Part shown: piece after piece, positions 20,559 through 33,000 of the stretch | Position numbering within the stretch: position 1 is the first letter of the stretch | How the letters are laid out: every line of letters begins with the position of its first letter | From: Podarcis liolepis | Taxonomy: Eukaryota | Strand: one strand, 5' to 3' | Assembly: GCA_965112155.1 (NCBI GenBank) | Contig: OZ218101.1 | DNA: 64,000 bases | Notes under the pieces: generated by a model | What the model was told of the DNA's origin: nothing | Database searches by the model: none | The model's input: only the letters and a program-made list of their open reading frames with translations | Position numbers and translations under genes: made by a program

Positions 20559-23500
20559 GAAAGAATATCTTTATGAAAGTGCCTTCTTGACTGTTGGACC
20601 AAATTATTGGTCTCAGCCACTCAGTCTGCTGCAGGTAGTCTTTGCATGCGGGAAAAGTCCCTAAATTGCCAAGTGTTTGAGACCCATTGGATACCCTCAC
20701 CTGCTTTAGCCAGCCAGTTGAAGCCATTCCAGGGGTATGGCCACTGTCACATGGTGGCCGCATCTAGGAGCCACAGGTGAGAGTGGGGACTAAAGGTGGG
20801 CATGATGTGTCCCCATCAGAGGTACTATCCATCACCTAATATACCCCAATTCTAACCTACTAATTATATATTCCTATACTCCATTATCCCCAACACCAAA
20901 GGTTATAAAAGCTGCAAAAAGAATTTTAAAGCAGAATTATAAGCCAAGTATATATGCAGATTGGTAAAAACTAAGTATTCAAACAGCAAACATGACCCCA
21001 TATTTAAAACTGATGACATCCATCATGTTTTGTCAATAGCACTGTGTTTTGTAGAGCCCATGGTATATTCCCCCTCCTTTATTTCTCCCCTTTTCTCCCT
21101 TCTATAAAGGGAATTGTTCTCCAGGGGCATCTACTGAAAGTATGTACAAAAGAAATGAGGTTAGTTTTATTAATTTACTTCCTTCACAACTGAGTAGCCA
21201 TAGATTTCGTCTCTCATTCCCCTTGGCACTACTTGCTTCTCTCTTTAATAATAGTAAATGTGGAAAAAAACCCAGGATCTTTTCTATTCAGCTTCATTTC
21301 ACTTGGAGTGCTGTAGGGAGATGAGATTTGAAATTGTTCACTATAATGTATAGGCTATCCAGCGGACTGGATTCACTTTACTGATGATGCAGTATCATTG
21401 CCGACGATTCACTTTGGGATGTATGGCTTTATTAGAGCATTAAGTTTTGAACTCCACAAGTCTTCTGAGTGGCACCCAACAATTCACTAAGAGGAATGGC
21501 TGAGATCAGTAGACGGTGCTTCTTCCTGAATATTCCATTTGGAGCCAATTGAGCCTGCTGGTGAATTCAAGTCCTGTCGTGAGGTGTGAAAGATAATGCT
21601 TCTTTCTCCACTGCCTCAAACCATTAATATTCATTTTAACCCTGGACTTAAAAAAAATACAAAATACTAACCCTGAGGATAACAGAAAAGGGAATTATAA
21701 TTGCATTTTTCACTTCTGGTGTACTGCACTTGCTTAACAAAGCAGTTTATAGTTGCGTAAGGTAAAAGGCCATGTAGTCCTACGGAGCCAAAGGGTAAAG
21801 CTCAGATCTTTATTTCAACGACATAAAATCTGGAATTGCTGTTTGCAAGTGCTTCGCTAACTCAGTGCCAGCCTACATGCTTCATTATGTGTGGCCTACT
21901 AGCCACAGAAGGAGTCAATGAATGAACACTGCTGAGATAAGAAAGCTCTTGTAACCCATTTTGAGCTCTGATTTCTTTAACCTGGCCATGGTAAATTGCT
22001 TTCAGGCATGCTAGGAAATCATGGGTTAATTCCCCTGACTGAGAGCAGGAAACAGTTTGCAGCAAGAAAATCAGCCTGGCCAAAAGAAGAACCCACTCCC
22101 AGAGAGATGTCCAACTCCTCCCAGCAGTCTGCACATCTCCAAGGGATCTGGTCCACTAGCCTTCTGACTGCCTGATCCAATGGCTGGATCACACTACTTG
22201 GTTGGAAGAACTCTTGTCCTGCATGAAATTATTTAATGACTCTGAATGTTTCTCATAATGTCTGGGTATAAAGAATGACTCTGGTAAATGTAAAGTCCTG
22301 GCTTAATCTCCAGGCTAAGCGGTGTTAGGGCTGGCCTGCACAAGAGACCTACTCAGCCAAACACTATCCACAACTTATGGAAGAGGCCACTGGGGACTTG
22401 ATACATATGCTAGTTCTGTTGCCTGTCTGAGATTGCAAAAACTGGGGGACTGTCAAGAGCCTAACAGGTCACAGTCTGCAGATAGTGGGCTCTATTCTAC
22501 TTAGTGGGTGATCAGTTGCACAGGCTACATTAGGATCTGTGGAACAGAGTGCGGTCTTGACAGTCATCTTCCCAGGAACTCCTCATAAGATGCAATTATC
22601 TTCTAATTTCTTAGTTAATGTTTACACTGCACAATTTAATAATGTGTACTAATTCATTTAATCACAAATCTTAATTTTAACAACTAGGTAAATGCCATGT
22701 AATTATCCAGAATGCCTTTAATTTCATAAATGCACAGACTGATAAGTGTGTTATGGCAGCAGTAATCTCATGCCTGATTTCATATAAAAGAACACAAAGA
22801 AACATCCTGCTTGGCTTTTTAAAAAAATGGCATTGCACTTGTCAGAGGAATGTGGCACACACTGCCATTTCTTAGTGTTCAGCTGATGTTCATGTATTCA
22901 TAAAACGCATCATCTACAATTCACATTAATATTATTCCATAAAGGGATTAGACTTGTTAATGTTGCTGTCATTGTTGGATTTGATTATTTTAGATTATTG
23001 TGTTTGTTTCATTACATGGTGTCATGAGCTGCCTTGGCTGCCCTGTGCCCCAAAGGTGGTATATATGTATAATTTTATATATGGTAGAGCAATGAGTGCA
23101 CCTAATGTAATATATGAGGGGAGCACTATAATTATTGATACAATAGTGGTTTACAATGGCAGATCACCAAAACCTCCATGTAAAGTGTCTTATTTTGAGA
23201 TACAAAGGAATTTAAAGATAACTTACAATTCAAAAAGGAGAAGGAAAAGCCACTTTTAATATTTTCTATTTAACTTCCTATCAAATAGAAGGAAGAAGAT
23301 GTGGGCCATTAATTTATAAGGTTATGTGATGTGATGAAGTGGAAGTGCTTGCACATATTCATAAACCATGCAAAATTGGTCTCCTGCTTATTAATCAACC
23401 AGAACTTTTCTGGACTGAGCCACTGGTCAAAAACCAGTTAGAAGCTGCCAGGTCTAATTCATATCCTTCATCATACTGGTTTTCCATGCAAACCTACACA

Positions 23501-25061
23501 ACTGCTACAACAACTGATTCCCCCCCCCCCCCTGCTTTCTCTAACTTTGACTTTCAGGAAAGTAGCTCCCTCAGGTTACAAGCACTGGAACATTTATTTT
23601 CAGGACTGAGAAGGGAAATTAAGTGCAGTTTACCTGTCAAGAGATTGAGTGCCTATTGCAGCATGTGTCCCTGATGTTCTGTCAGAATTGGAGCTTTACC
23701 AGTATGGGAATTGCTGTACAGTATTCAAAAACTGACTCTAAAAAAGTGGAAGCAAGTGTTTCTGCATCAGATTCTTGCAGCTATGGCCCAGTTCCCATGA
23801 TCAGCAGATGAGGCAGTGCCTGAGCTGGACCAATTTCACAGCTTTGCTCAGAAACCTATGTATCTGAATGTTCCCTTCGTTAAAAATAAACAAATCTACG
23901 TACATATAAAATGAGAAGTCAGAGTGAAGGGTACCTGTTGTGTTATGGAACGGTGGTTTTTGAATGATATACCAGCACGTCATGCTAAATTTCATTCACA
24001 CTAGTGGGCCTGGTGTGACACAACAACAAACTTCACTGGACAACCTGCCATTCCCCCACCTTCTCTACGCATACATGCTTTTGTTCCCTATTAATCCCCT
24101 ATGAAAAGGGGGGATGGGGTGGAATTGCATGCAGGTATACCTTTTCTTCTCTTTACTCCCACAATTTTCTACGTTAATAGAGTTGCAAATTGATTTTTTG
24201 TGGAACCTATTAATGCAGAATGAGTGCTAAACTTTCACTAATTTCCATATGAAAGTTCAAATATAATGCAAAACTTAACAGTTAGGGAAATCTGGGGGTA
24301 TGATAAACTCATAGAACTGTAGAGTTGCAAAGGAAACTAAGGGTCATCTAGTCCAACCCCCTGCAATTCAGGAATCTCAACTAAAGTGTGGAATAAACTG
24401 GTGTATGAATGCTGCCAACATCTGTTGCCACCATCAGAGGACCCTTGCTTCCACCAGTGTAAGTCCTCTTGTACAATTTTGTTGCTCACCTCAAAATCTC
24501 AAGAAAAAAAAATCATTTGAAAACTCAGCCGCCGGCTAAAGAATCTTGCAGTGGTTAACTCCCGAAAAATGTGGTCCTTGGGGTTTGGGGTTTACAAATA
24601 AACTTCCAGTTCTCATTCAAGGGAACCCCCAAAAGCTCAGAATGCTGATGCAGTGGACCTCTCCTCCAGATAATGGTGCGGTTCAGACTTCATGAAGACA
24701 AGCACATAAGCCCTTTTCAGGCATTCAAAACTCAGGTTAAAGAAGGGGCAGTGGGTTCAGATGTTCAGGGTCCATGTGTTTGTTACACAATCTGAAGATT
24801 TTCCACATGTACATACAGAAATTATCTTATGTCACAATATCTCATGCCAGATGAGTGGGGTATAAATAATAAATTATTATTTATAATAATTTAAATAAAT
24901 TATTATTATTATTATTTGAATGTCTGAAAAGTACTCTGGAGATCAGCTGCTGACAATAGCCCAATTCCGGTGTTATGTACACATGCAAGCTACCACATGA
25001 GAAGGGACAGAGAAAGGATGAGCATATCAGCTTTGGCCCCACTCCAAGCTTCCTTTTGTCA

Positions 25062-25684
25062 GTTCCTATGAGTTGGAAGGCCACTATCTCCAGCGGGAAG
25101 CCTCTTGCGTGGCAAGTCCCCTCCCCCATGTGAAATGAAGACACTGGACACGTTATTTAAGGTTAATGGGCATAAAAAGGCCACAACTTTATTGATTACA
25201 GAATTGGAAGGTATTGGCCTTAGGCATTGGCTCCTATCGACTACCTGGCATGGAGACCGGGAAGGGTTATCCACAAGCCGTGGGAGTCCTGTTGAAGTAC
25301 GCCAACTAGGATCCCACGGGTGTCACCGCTAGGGGGCGTGCAGGAGGCCCTTACCTCCCTAGGTTTCAGACAAGGCAACGCCCCCCGGAGTCCTCTACCG
25401 GACTACCCTTTTCCTTGGGGGAAGGTGATGGTGCTTCCTCCCCCCCATTCATTTGCATAACAATAACCCCTGCCAATGCCTAACCGCCAATACCGCGGAA
25501 GCTGTGACGTTTGCTACGAGGTAGGCGAAAAAACCAAAAGGCTAAAAGTGCGCCAAGTTGGAAAAATTCCTACCAGGCCCCATGCGGCGACCAACCGGAG
25601 TCCATAGCAAGGTCATAGCTAGCTAAGCCTAAGGGAGGGTTCCTATGAGTTGGAAGGCCACTGTCTCCAGCGGGAAGCCTCTTG
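25062..25684 (-). mobile_element. Terminal-repeat relic with 46-bp direct repeats, possibly DIRS/Ngaro-type
   Basis: 25062-25107 equals 25639-25684 with one mismatch. CpG-retaining interior with minus-strand AATAAAGTTGTGGCC. No ORF. Confidence 0.5.
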
Positions 25685-26836
25685 TACCCTAGAAGATCAG
25701 GGTTCCCAAATGTTTGGAGAGTCTGCATGGTTACAAGAGACTTCCCATAGCAGACCGTCCCAACTTGTAGAAAGTGGTGTGGATGGGCACTGGGATAGGG
25801 GAGACAACTAGCACATTCATCCCCACTGCCTCCCACCCACATGGCAGCGCACCCATGCACATAACACCTAACTAAGGCTACCGATATGTAGACGGATGAA
25901 GTTGAGACACCAGTTGCCCTTGAATGCAAACCGCAGGAAAACCCCAACTCACGTTGATTCTGCATGTGAGCTGCACTGAAGTGTCTCATCACATGAAAAC
26001 CCCAAGGTGCAAGTGACAGTTCCATACTAGAGCCTTAGCCTACACGCATTCCTTTTAAAAGCATCAGATTGAGTAAAAGCTTTTTTTCTGATGTGCAAGT
26101 AGAACCTGAAGATTCTTCACCCCATTTTACCATCTGGATCAGTCATAACTTGCCAAGTCACAATTCCTGTATTTGTACTTCAGCTGGTAAAGGTGAGCTA
26201 TATTTGCTCCTTGTGATAATTGCCTGGGAGATTTCTTCCCTTACTGGCAGTTGTGCTGCAAACAGCCTTGGAAAATGAAATCTTGCTTTTCATGTTGTTA
26301 TCTTTCTCCTCGCCTAACTGAAGGCTTAAACCTACAAACCATGATTAGAACTCTTCTATGGTCCCAAACAGTTTTTACAGCAATTTTTCTTTGGATTCCT
26401 TAAGTCTCTGGGGGCAGACCATATTAATTGACCCTGAATCTCTGCAGGGAAGCAATACCACAGTCATTCCCAATCTTCTGTGGAGACCAAAATCTTGTAT
26501 GATTTGACCAGCTGTAAGAAATGGATATTGCTTTTCGTGGCAAAGGAGCAGCCGCCTTTGGTTTATGAACTGCTTGATTGCACTATAACTCCTTTTCCTG
26601 TCTGCATTTCCATTTGTCAGTCATTGCAAAATTACACACAATACTTATAGTTTTATAGATACCCTACTTTCCAAATTCTCTTTAACCAAGTCCAATGAAG
26701 CTGCCTAATTTTCTGCAAAAATGTTGTAGGGCCATTCTCAGTGAGATTAGTTTATTAACAGGTATAGTCTAGCAACAGAGTGATGTGGGTTGTGTTCTAC
26801 TTTACAAGAAGCAAGGGGACTGTTGCTCCATATTTT

Positions 26837-27472
26837 ATAGAAGGCGAAGAAATGGAGGCAGTGAGAGATTTTACTTTCTTGGGCTCCATGATCACTGCAG
26901 ATGGTGACAGCAGCCACGAAATTAAAAGATTCCTGCTTCTTGGGAGAAAAGCAATGACAAACCTAGACAGCATCTTAAAAAGCAGACACATCACCTTGCC
27001 AACAAAGGTCCGTATAGTAAAAGCTATGGTTTTCCCAGTAGTGATGTATGGAAGTGAGAGCTGGACCATAAAGAAGGCTGATCGCTGAAGAATTGATGCT
27101 TTTGAATTATGGTGCTGGAGGAGACTCTTGAGAGTCCCATGGACTGCAAGAAGATCAAACCTATCCATTCTGAAGGAAATCAGCCCTGAGTGCTCACTGG
27201 AAGGACAGATCATGTAGCTGAGGCTCCAATACTTTGGTCACCTCATGAGAAGAGAAGACTCCCTGGAAAAGACCCTGATGTTGGGAAAGATTAAGGGCAC
27301 AAGGAGAAGGGGACGACAGAGGACGGGATGGTTGGATAGTGTTCTCGAAGCTACCAGCATGAGTTTGACCAAACTGTGGGAGGCAGTGGAAGACAGGAGT
27401 GCCTGGCGTGCTCTGGTCCATGGGGTCACGAAGAGTCGGACACGACTAAACGACTAAACAACAACAACAACA
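26837..27472 (+). mobile_element. BovB (RTE) LINE, 5'-truncated
   Basis: IEGEEMEAVRDFTFLGSMITADGDSSHEIKR...LPTKVRIVKAMVFPVVMYGSESWTIKKA, in-frame stops, (CAA)n tail. Confidence 0.93.
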
Positions 27473-27622
27473 CAATCTTTAACTATACGAGTTGGGGTCA
27501 AGGGAGTTCATCATGATCTGGAGGGCACCAGGTTGCCCATTCCTGGTCTATTTCAACTAAGTCCATGTCCATGTGTATTTCTCCATCATTGACAGTGGAA
27601 ACCAACCATGATGTACCATGGT

Positions 27623-27624
<2 letters not shown>

Positions 27625-27672
<48 letters not shown>

Positions 27673-27810
27673 TTATTTATACCCCGCCCATCTGGCTGGG
27701 TTTCCCCAGCCACTCTGGGCGGCTTCCAAAAGAATATTAAAATACTATGATACATCAAACATTAAAAGCTTCCCTAAACAGGGCTGCCTTCATTCATTGC
27801 AGTGTTGTCA

Positions 27811-27862
<52 letters not shown>

Positions 27863-27910
27863 TTATACCCTGCCCTCCCCAGCCAAGACCAGGCTCAGGG
27901 CGGCTAACAC
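27625..27910 (-). repeat. Two (AAT)n tracts, each the tail of a reverse-oriented L2-like/SINE 3' end
   Basis: (AAT)n followed by TTTATACCCCGCCCATCTGGCTGGG..., and again by TTTATACCCTGCCCTCCCCAGCC... A forward copy of the second type lies at ~63660-63800. Confidence 0.7.
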
Positions 27911-29117
27911 CAGGTATAAAAACAATTGATTAAAATACAACTTAAAAACAAGATTAAAATACAACATTAAAATGCAGCCTCATTTTAGTAGAAACTCAAA
28001 TCAAAAACTTTTTGAGGATGAAAACGTCAAATCTTCACCAAGGCCAACTATCCAGATTGGTCCCACGTGGGCCAGAAAAAAGCCAGGGAAGTCCCCAAAT
28101 AGGAGCTCCATCACAGAAGGAGAAAGGGAAGTTCAACTAGACATTACAGAGGGAGAAGGGAAACTTGAAAGAGAGCTGCCATTTCCAGCAGCCACCTGGC
28201 ATTTTTTTGCAATGTGGAATTTCAGCCTCATGGGAAGCTGGTTTTAGCAGGGAGAAGGAGAAGAGACTGCCCGGTTGATATTTCTTTAGGGGTACAGTCA
28301 CATTCTGATGTCAATAAATCCTATCCAAGTATAGGTAAGCAATACCAATGATTAGATACAATGATTAAAATAATAAATATTGCAACTGAGATTCTGATAA
28401 ACTCAGAGTTGAATGTGAACAGTCTTGTGGAGAATTATGGCTTGGCCTATAAATAAAAGCAGCTTCCTTGTCACAGTTGATTTGTTTTTGGAAACACTCC
28501 TTTAGCACCGTGGTGCACTATATAAATCTTGTATATGTTAGCATAACTGTCGCCTAGAAATTGAATTATTCTCTGAGGAAATGCTGGTCTGTCTAGGTCA
28601 TTGTAAAAGTGGATTAGCTGAACAGTTCTGGGAATTCCATATTTTCTTCAGACTCTGGGCGCTTATCTTTGGATTAGCAGCTGGTCCTAGCAGCATTAAT
28701 CCCTTGTTACTTAAATTACGAATTCTTTAGCAAACAATGTAAAAAAAGAAATATTCAGAGAATATAATAGTAAAAAATCCATTTTTGGAAAGAAGTAATT
28801 TAAAGTTTTACACTAAGGACTCATTACACTGCATATTTTTGGAGAGAAGACTCAAATGGGAGCAGTTTGGATTAACTCTTTGAGATAACTTTAAATTCAT
28901 AATCTGCCATTTATGACAACCATAATTTATACCTTCTTTTTCAGAATCAGGCCAATGCATTTGAGGTTCAAAAACTGGAACTTACAACAACGAGATAGAT
29001 TTCCTATAAAGAACTGGACACAAATGTGGACATGCTATTCTGTATTCTTTTTACTAAATAAAGATGGATGTATGCATGCATGCATGCATGTATGTATGTA
29101 TGTATGTATTTTTTATA

Positions 29118-30043
29118 CCACCCTTTATTCAAGCAAAGCGGGGTGGTTTTATATAAAAGCTGTTCTTTATGACCTAAATAAATGATTCAAAATGAAGCCA
29201 GATACTAGGAATTGTATTCTGTCGCTGCTGTAGCTCCTGAAATTACAGAAGACTTTGCTTCCACACTTTTAAACACAACTTGGCTCTCACGTGTGGCTCC
29301 TAGAAGCTCTCAGCATGTGACACACCCTGGGAAACAGCATGACTGGCCAGCTAAACCAGGTGAGGGTAGCCAGTGGGTCTCAAACCCTTGGTGAGTTATG
29401 GAATTTCCCTGCATGCAAATACAGGCTCCAGCAGATTGAGAGGCTGAGACCAATAAGTGGGTCCAAGAGTCAAGAAGGCAGTTTCTGCACATGCTGTAGA
29501 GGGAAGTGAGGGGCAGGTGGAGCTTGTCAGCCTGAGAAGGTGGCCCATCTAGGAGAAGGAAAGCGCTCATCCTAAACCTCCAGTACCTTGTGGGATATCT
29601 TTGGGAGAGGAAAAGGCAAAGGAGTAAACCCTACACAAATCCAGAGTGGAGTCCTAAGACAGTGGGGTGGTGCCTTGTATGCCTCCTTCTGGCAACTCCT
29701 GTAGCCAAGGTGGTGCCAAACATTGCTCTGCTTTCCTTTGAACCAAATCGGCAAGGCCAAGGGGGGGGGGTCTTGTCTGGGCTTGCACCCTGGGGAAGTC
29801 ACTCTGGTACTGCTAATGCAGCTGTTTGATTTCACCCCTGGAGGTGCATTCCATTGATGTAAACAAGCAACAAGAACTGTACAACATATATACAAGTTTC
29901 ATAGATTGCCTAAAGAATACTTTTCACACTTCCATTGAAGTCCCAGTGTAGAGAGGGTGCTAGTGAGTGGAGTCCGTAAGATGACTGAATGGCACCTTGC
30001 ATACCTCCTTCCTGCAAATCCTGCAGCCCAGCTGGTGCCAAAT
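29118..30043 (-). repeat. Arm B of the inverted duplication
   Basis: Reverse complement of 19653-20502, including the same internal junctions. Confidence 0.85.
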
Positions 30044-33000
30044 GTCTTTCTCTGCTTCCCTTTGGACCACATCAGTGAGGTCAAGAGGTGGATTTTGTCA
30101 TATGGGCAGCCCAGGACCATTGAAGTCCCAGTGTAGAAAGGATGCTAGTGAGAATATTTTCAAAATGTTTGGACTACTACCTTTAAAAAGTGCCAATGTG
30201 TTATGAAAGTCAATCATGGTGAAGGAATGTTGCCATGCCAATGGTGACATAAGCTTAGTTGAAAACCATCCTAACTCAGAATAGATCTATTGAAATTAAT
30301 GAACATGACAGTAGTAATGACTAAGGTGTCAATGCTATGGCAAGATCCACTGGGATGATAGGTAGATCACTGGCTCTGCCGGCTGTTTCTCAGCTCAGCC
30401 GGACCCCACTAGCCTTAAGTCCCCAATCCTGACTCAGCTAAAGATATGCCAGCAAAGCTTGTTCAGCATTCTGGTGGCTTAACTTGGGCAGGACCAGAGT
30501 GGGGAACTTAGTCTGGATCCTAAACCTGGTCAGCTCAGCCACATGACCTGGGTACCTGGCATAGAACACTATTTCAAAGGCTCCACCTTCTTGCCAGTCT
30601 TAGGCAGTTAAGCAGCCCCACTGCTGAATGTGTAACTTGATGTCGGCTTAATTTACACTGGCATGCTTTATGCTAGCTTCTTGTGCATAAGATGGGTGCC
30701 ATACTTAGGTCCATTAATGTCATAGGTCCACTCCAAGGACAATTTAATTGAATACCACCCATATGAATTGGGTCTTAGCCCCTTTGATTTTTGTAGTACT
30801 TTTTCTAGGTAAGTGTGCTATGCATCACAGCTAAAGTGACTTTCCACTGAATGGTCAGATATTCAACTTACTACCTCTAAAGATGCCTAAATAATTTTGC
30901 AAGTTTAGTTTTTCCAAGCTGAGACTGAGTTTCACAGTGAGCAGGTAGTCCCACCAGGCCTGGTCGGTTTTGTGACTGTTCCAGCAGACAGAGCATCTGT
31001 TCAGCTGCAGTGTGAGAACAACATTGCTTCCCTAGTCTCTGGCCAGTCGCAAGGCCAAAGAGATCAACAATATGAATACATTTTTTGTGGGACGAAATTG
31101 CAGTAAAAATTGTGAAAGCCTATCATAGTAGGATAAGAAACCCCAACGGGTATAAGTGAAAGGTATTTTGACACCAGCTGCTGAGATTTGGTCATATGAA
31201 AAGGTCAGCTATCCTGACTTCTATGAATACCTCACCACTTCTATCCAGAAGAAATCACCTGCTCAGATTTGCAGCTGCATTTCAGATGGCACAATTTTCT
31301 GGCAAAAGGAAGTATTGTCTGATATGTTTAATTGCTGTATATACTCATTCAAAACAATATGTTGTATTATGTCTTCTTCTTTTTGAAGTTGGATAGGAAG
31401 AAGAAGCTTCAAAGAAACATAATATATATAGTGAGACTGGAGAGACAATCCAATCAAACGATGTGTCTTCCCTGTAGATAATTTTCCCAGAGTGAACTGC
31501 TTTAGGACCAGCAAAACTGAACATTTCCCTCTGTCACCGCCTACATTTGCACCAAGCCAGGCAGAAACCACTTCTCCAGCATAGTGGCCCATGTGAATAC
31601 TACAACCACATAGACTGAGCCCGTGTCTTTCCCACATTATAACCCCAGAATACTCCATTCTACTACCTCACCAAGCTCAAGAGCGAAAGAAACCATTCCA
31701 ATTCTGAAGGAGTTTAAGACTCCTTTTAAAAAGCAGACGCCCTTCAATTACAGAGAAGAGCAATTTGAAGCACAAAAAGAGTTAGGTATTGCCTCCCCAA
31801 CTCCTCACTTTTTATTAATTCCCAATGTTAATCTATAATGACTAGTGATGAGGCAGAAAGTTGGTCTGTTAGGTGAACCTACCAAATTTGCATGACTGAA
31901 AACAATAAGCAGATTGAAACACAGTCAGTCTTAACAGACAACCTTAAGAATTCACTAAAATTTACATTTGTATGAGGATGGCATACAAAAATGCATTACA
32001 TTGGGGGAATTGATTTCAAACTTCATCTGTTTTCAACTTCATCTGTTCTAGGATGGAAGATCCTTGTTCCATTATTTCCACAGTTATATCTGAGCCCTTG
32101 TACAAGCACTAAATGATCAGGACACAACTCTTCAAAAACTAATGTTTTTTCACAATGCAGATCTGAGTCATAGCCACCCATTACATGTGTATTACTTGAT
32201 GCACTTGGCTTAAATGCACATTATGCTCTATGTTCAAGAGCACAGGCATTTCTCTAGGCTGTGCAGATCAGAATGCATGCATATTGTTATCTGCAGTTGG
32301 CTGAATTAGGCATCCTGTTACTGCTTTCTTTGCAGGGGTGGATAGCTTTGATGGAATATTATCAGAACTGGAGCCTCTTCCAGACATTTATCTGCAACAC
32401 TGACTGCAATTTTCAAACTGGTCAAACTTTCAAAAGGCGTGTATGACAATGACAAACAACACCTATTGAAATTCCCTCTTCTACACAAATAGATGCTGGA
32501 CTAAGGTCTGTCCAGGAAGGAACCCTATGTTCAGTGTTGATTTGGTGTATGACTCTCAAAAACTGATTACCAGTGGTAGCTGGAGAGCATTGGAACTGGT
32601 AGTGCGGAAGGCAGGGAGACCAATAGTAGGTGTTATAATCGACTAAATCTAGCCTTGTCTCTGTTCTATGATGCCAACACTTAGACTAAGGAGGAGGAAG
32701 CTGACAGACAGTGCTGCATCCTGGATACGTTGCAAGTAGGCAGGCAGGTGAAGGCAGACCTAGATTGGGGGGCAGTGCCCCATTCTTCCTAAAGACCACC
32801 CTCCACTGCTGCTTACAAAAGCGCCATTTTAAAGGCCTATTGGGTGAAGCACTATTCATATGTTATGGTGCAGATCTAGTGACATGTTTAAACTGTAAAA
32901 ACCCACACTTCATACAGCACGTATTAGAAATCCCCCCCCCCCATTCTCTTCCATTGCACAAATTATTGTGCATATCAAACACTTAATACAGACTGGAGTA

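Noticed and set aside
21400-21620. Exon-like composition; also considered at ~23550-23700, ~31150-31390 and ~47100-47310
   Set aside because: Frames are short or contain stops and match no protein I recognise. Small exons or conserved non-coding elements cannot be excluded without alignment.
27498-27929. ORFs with poly-Ile/Asn/Leu tracts (also near 5064, 7025, 44347, 57038)
   Set aside because: Translations of (AAT)n, (AT)n and (GGAA)n microsatellites.
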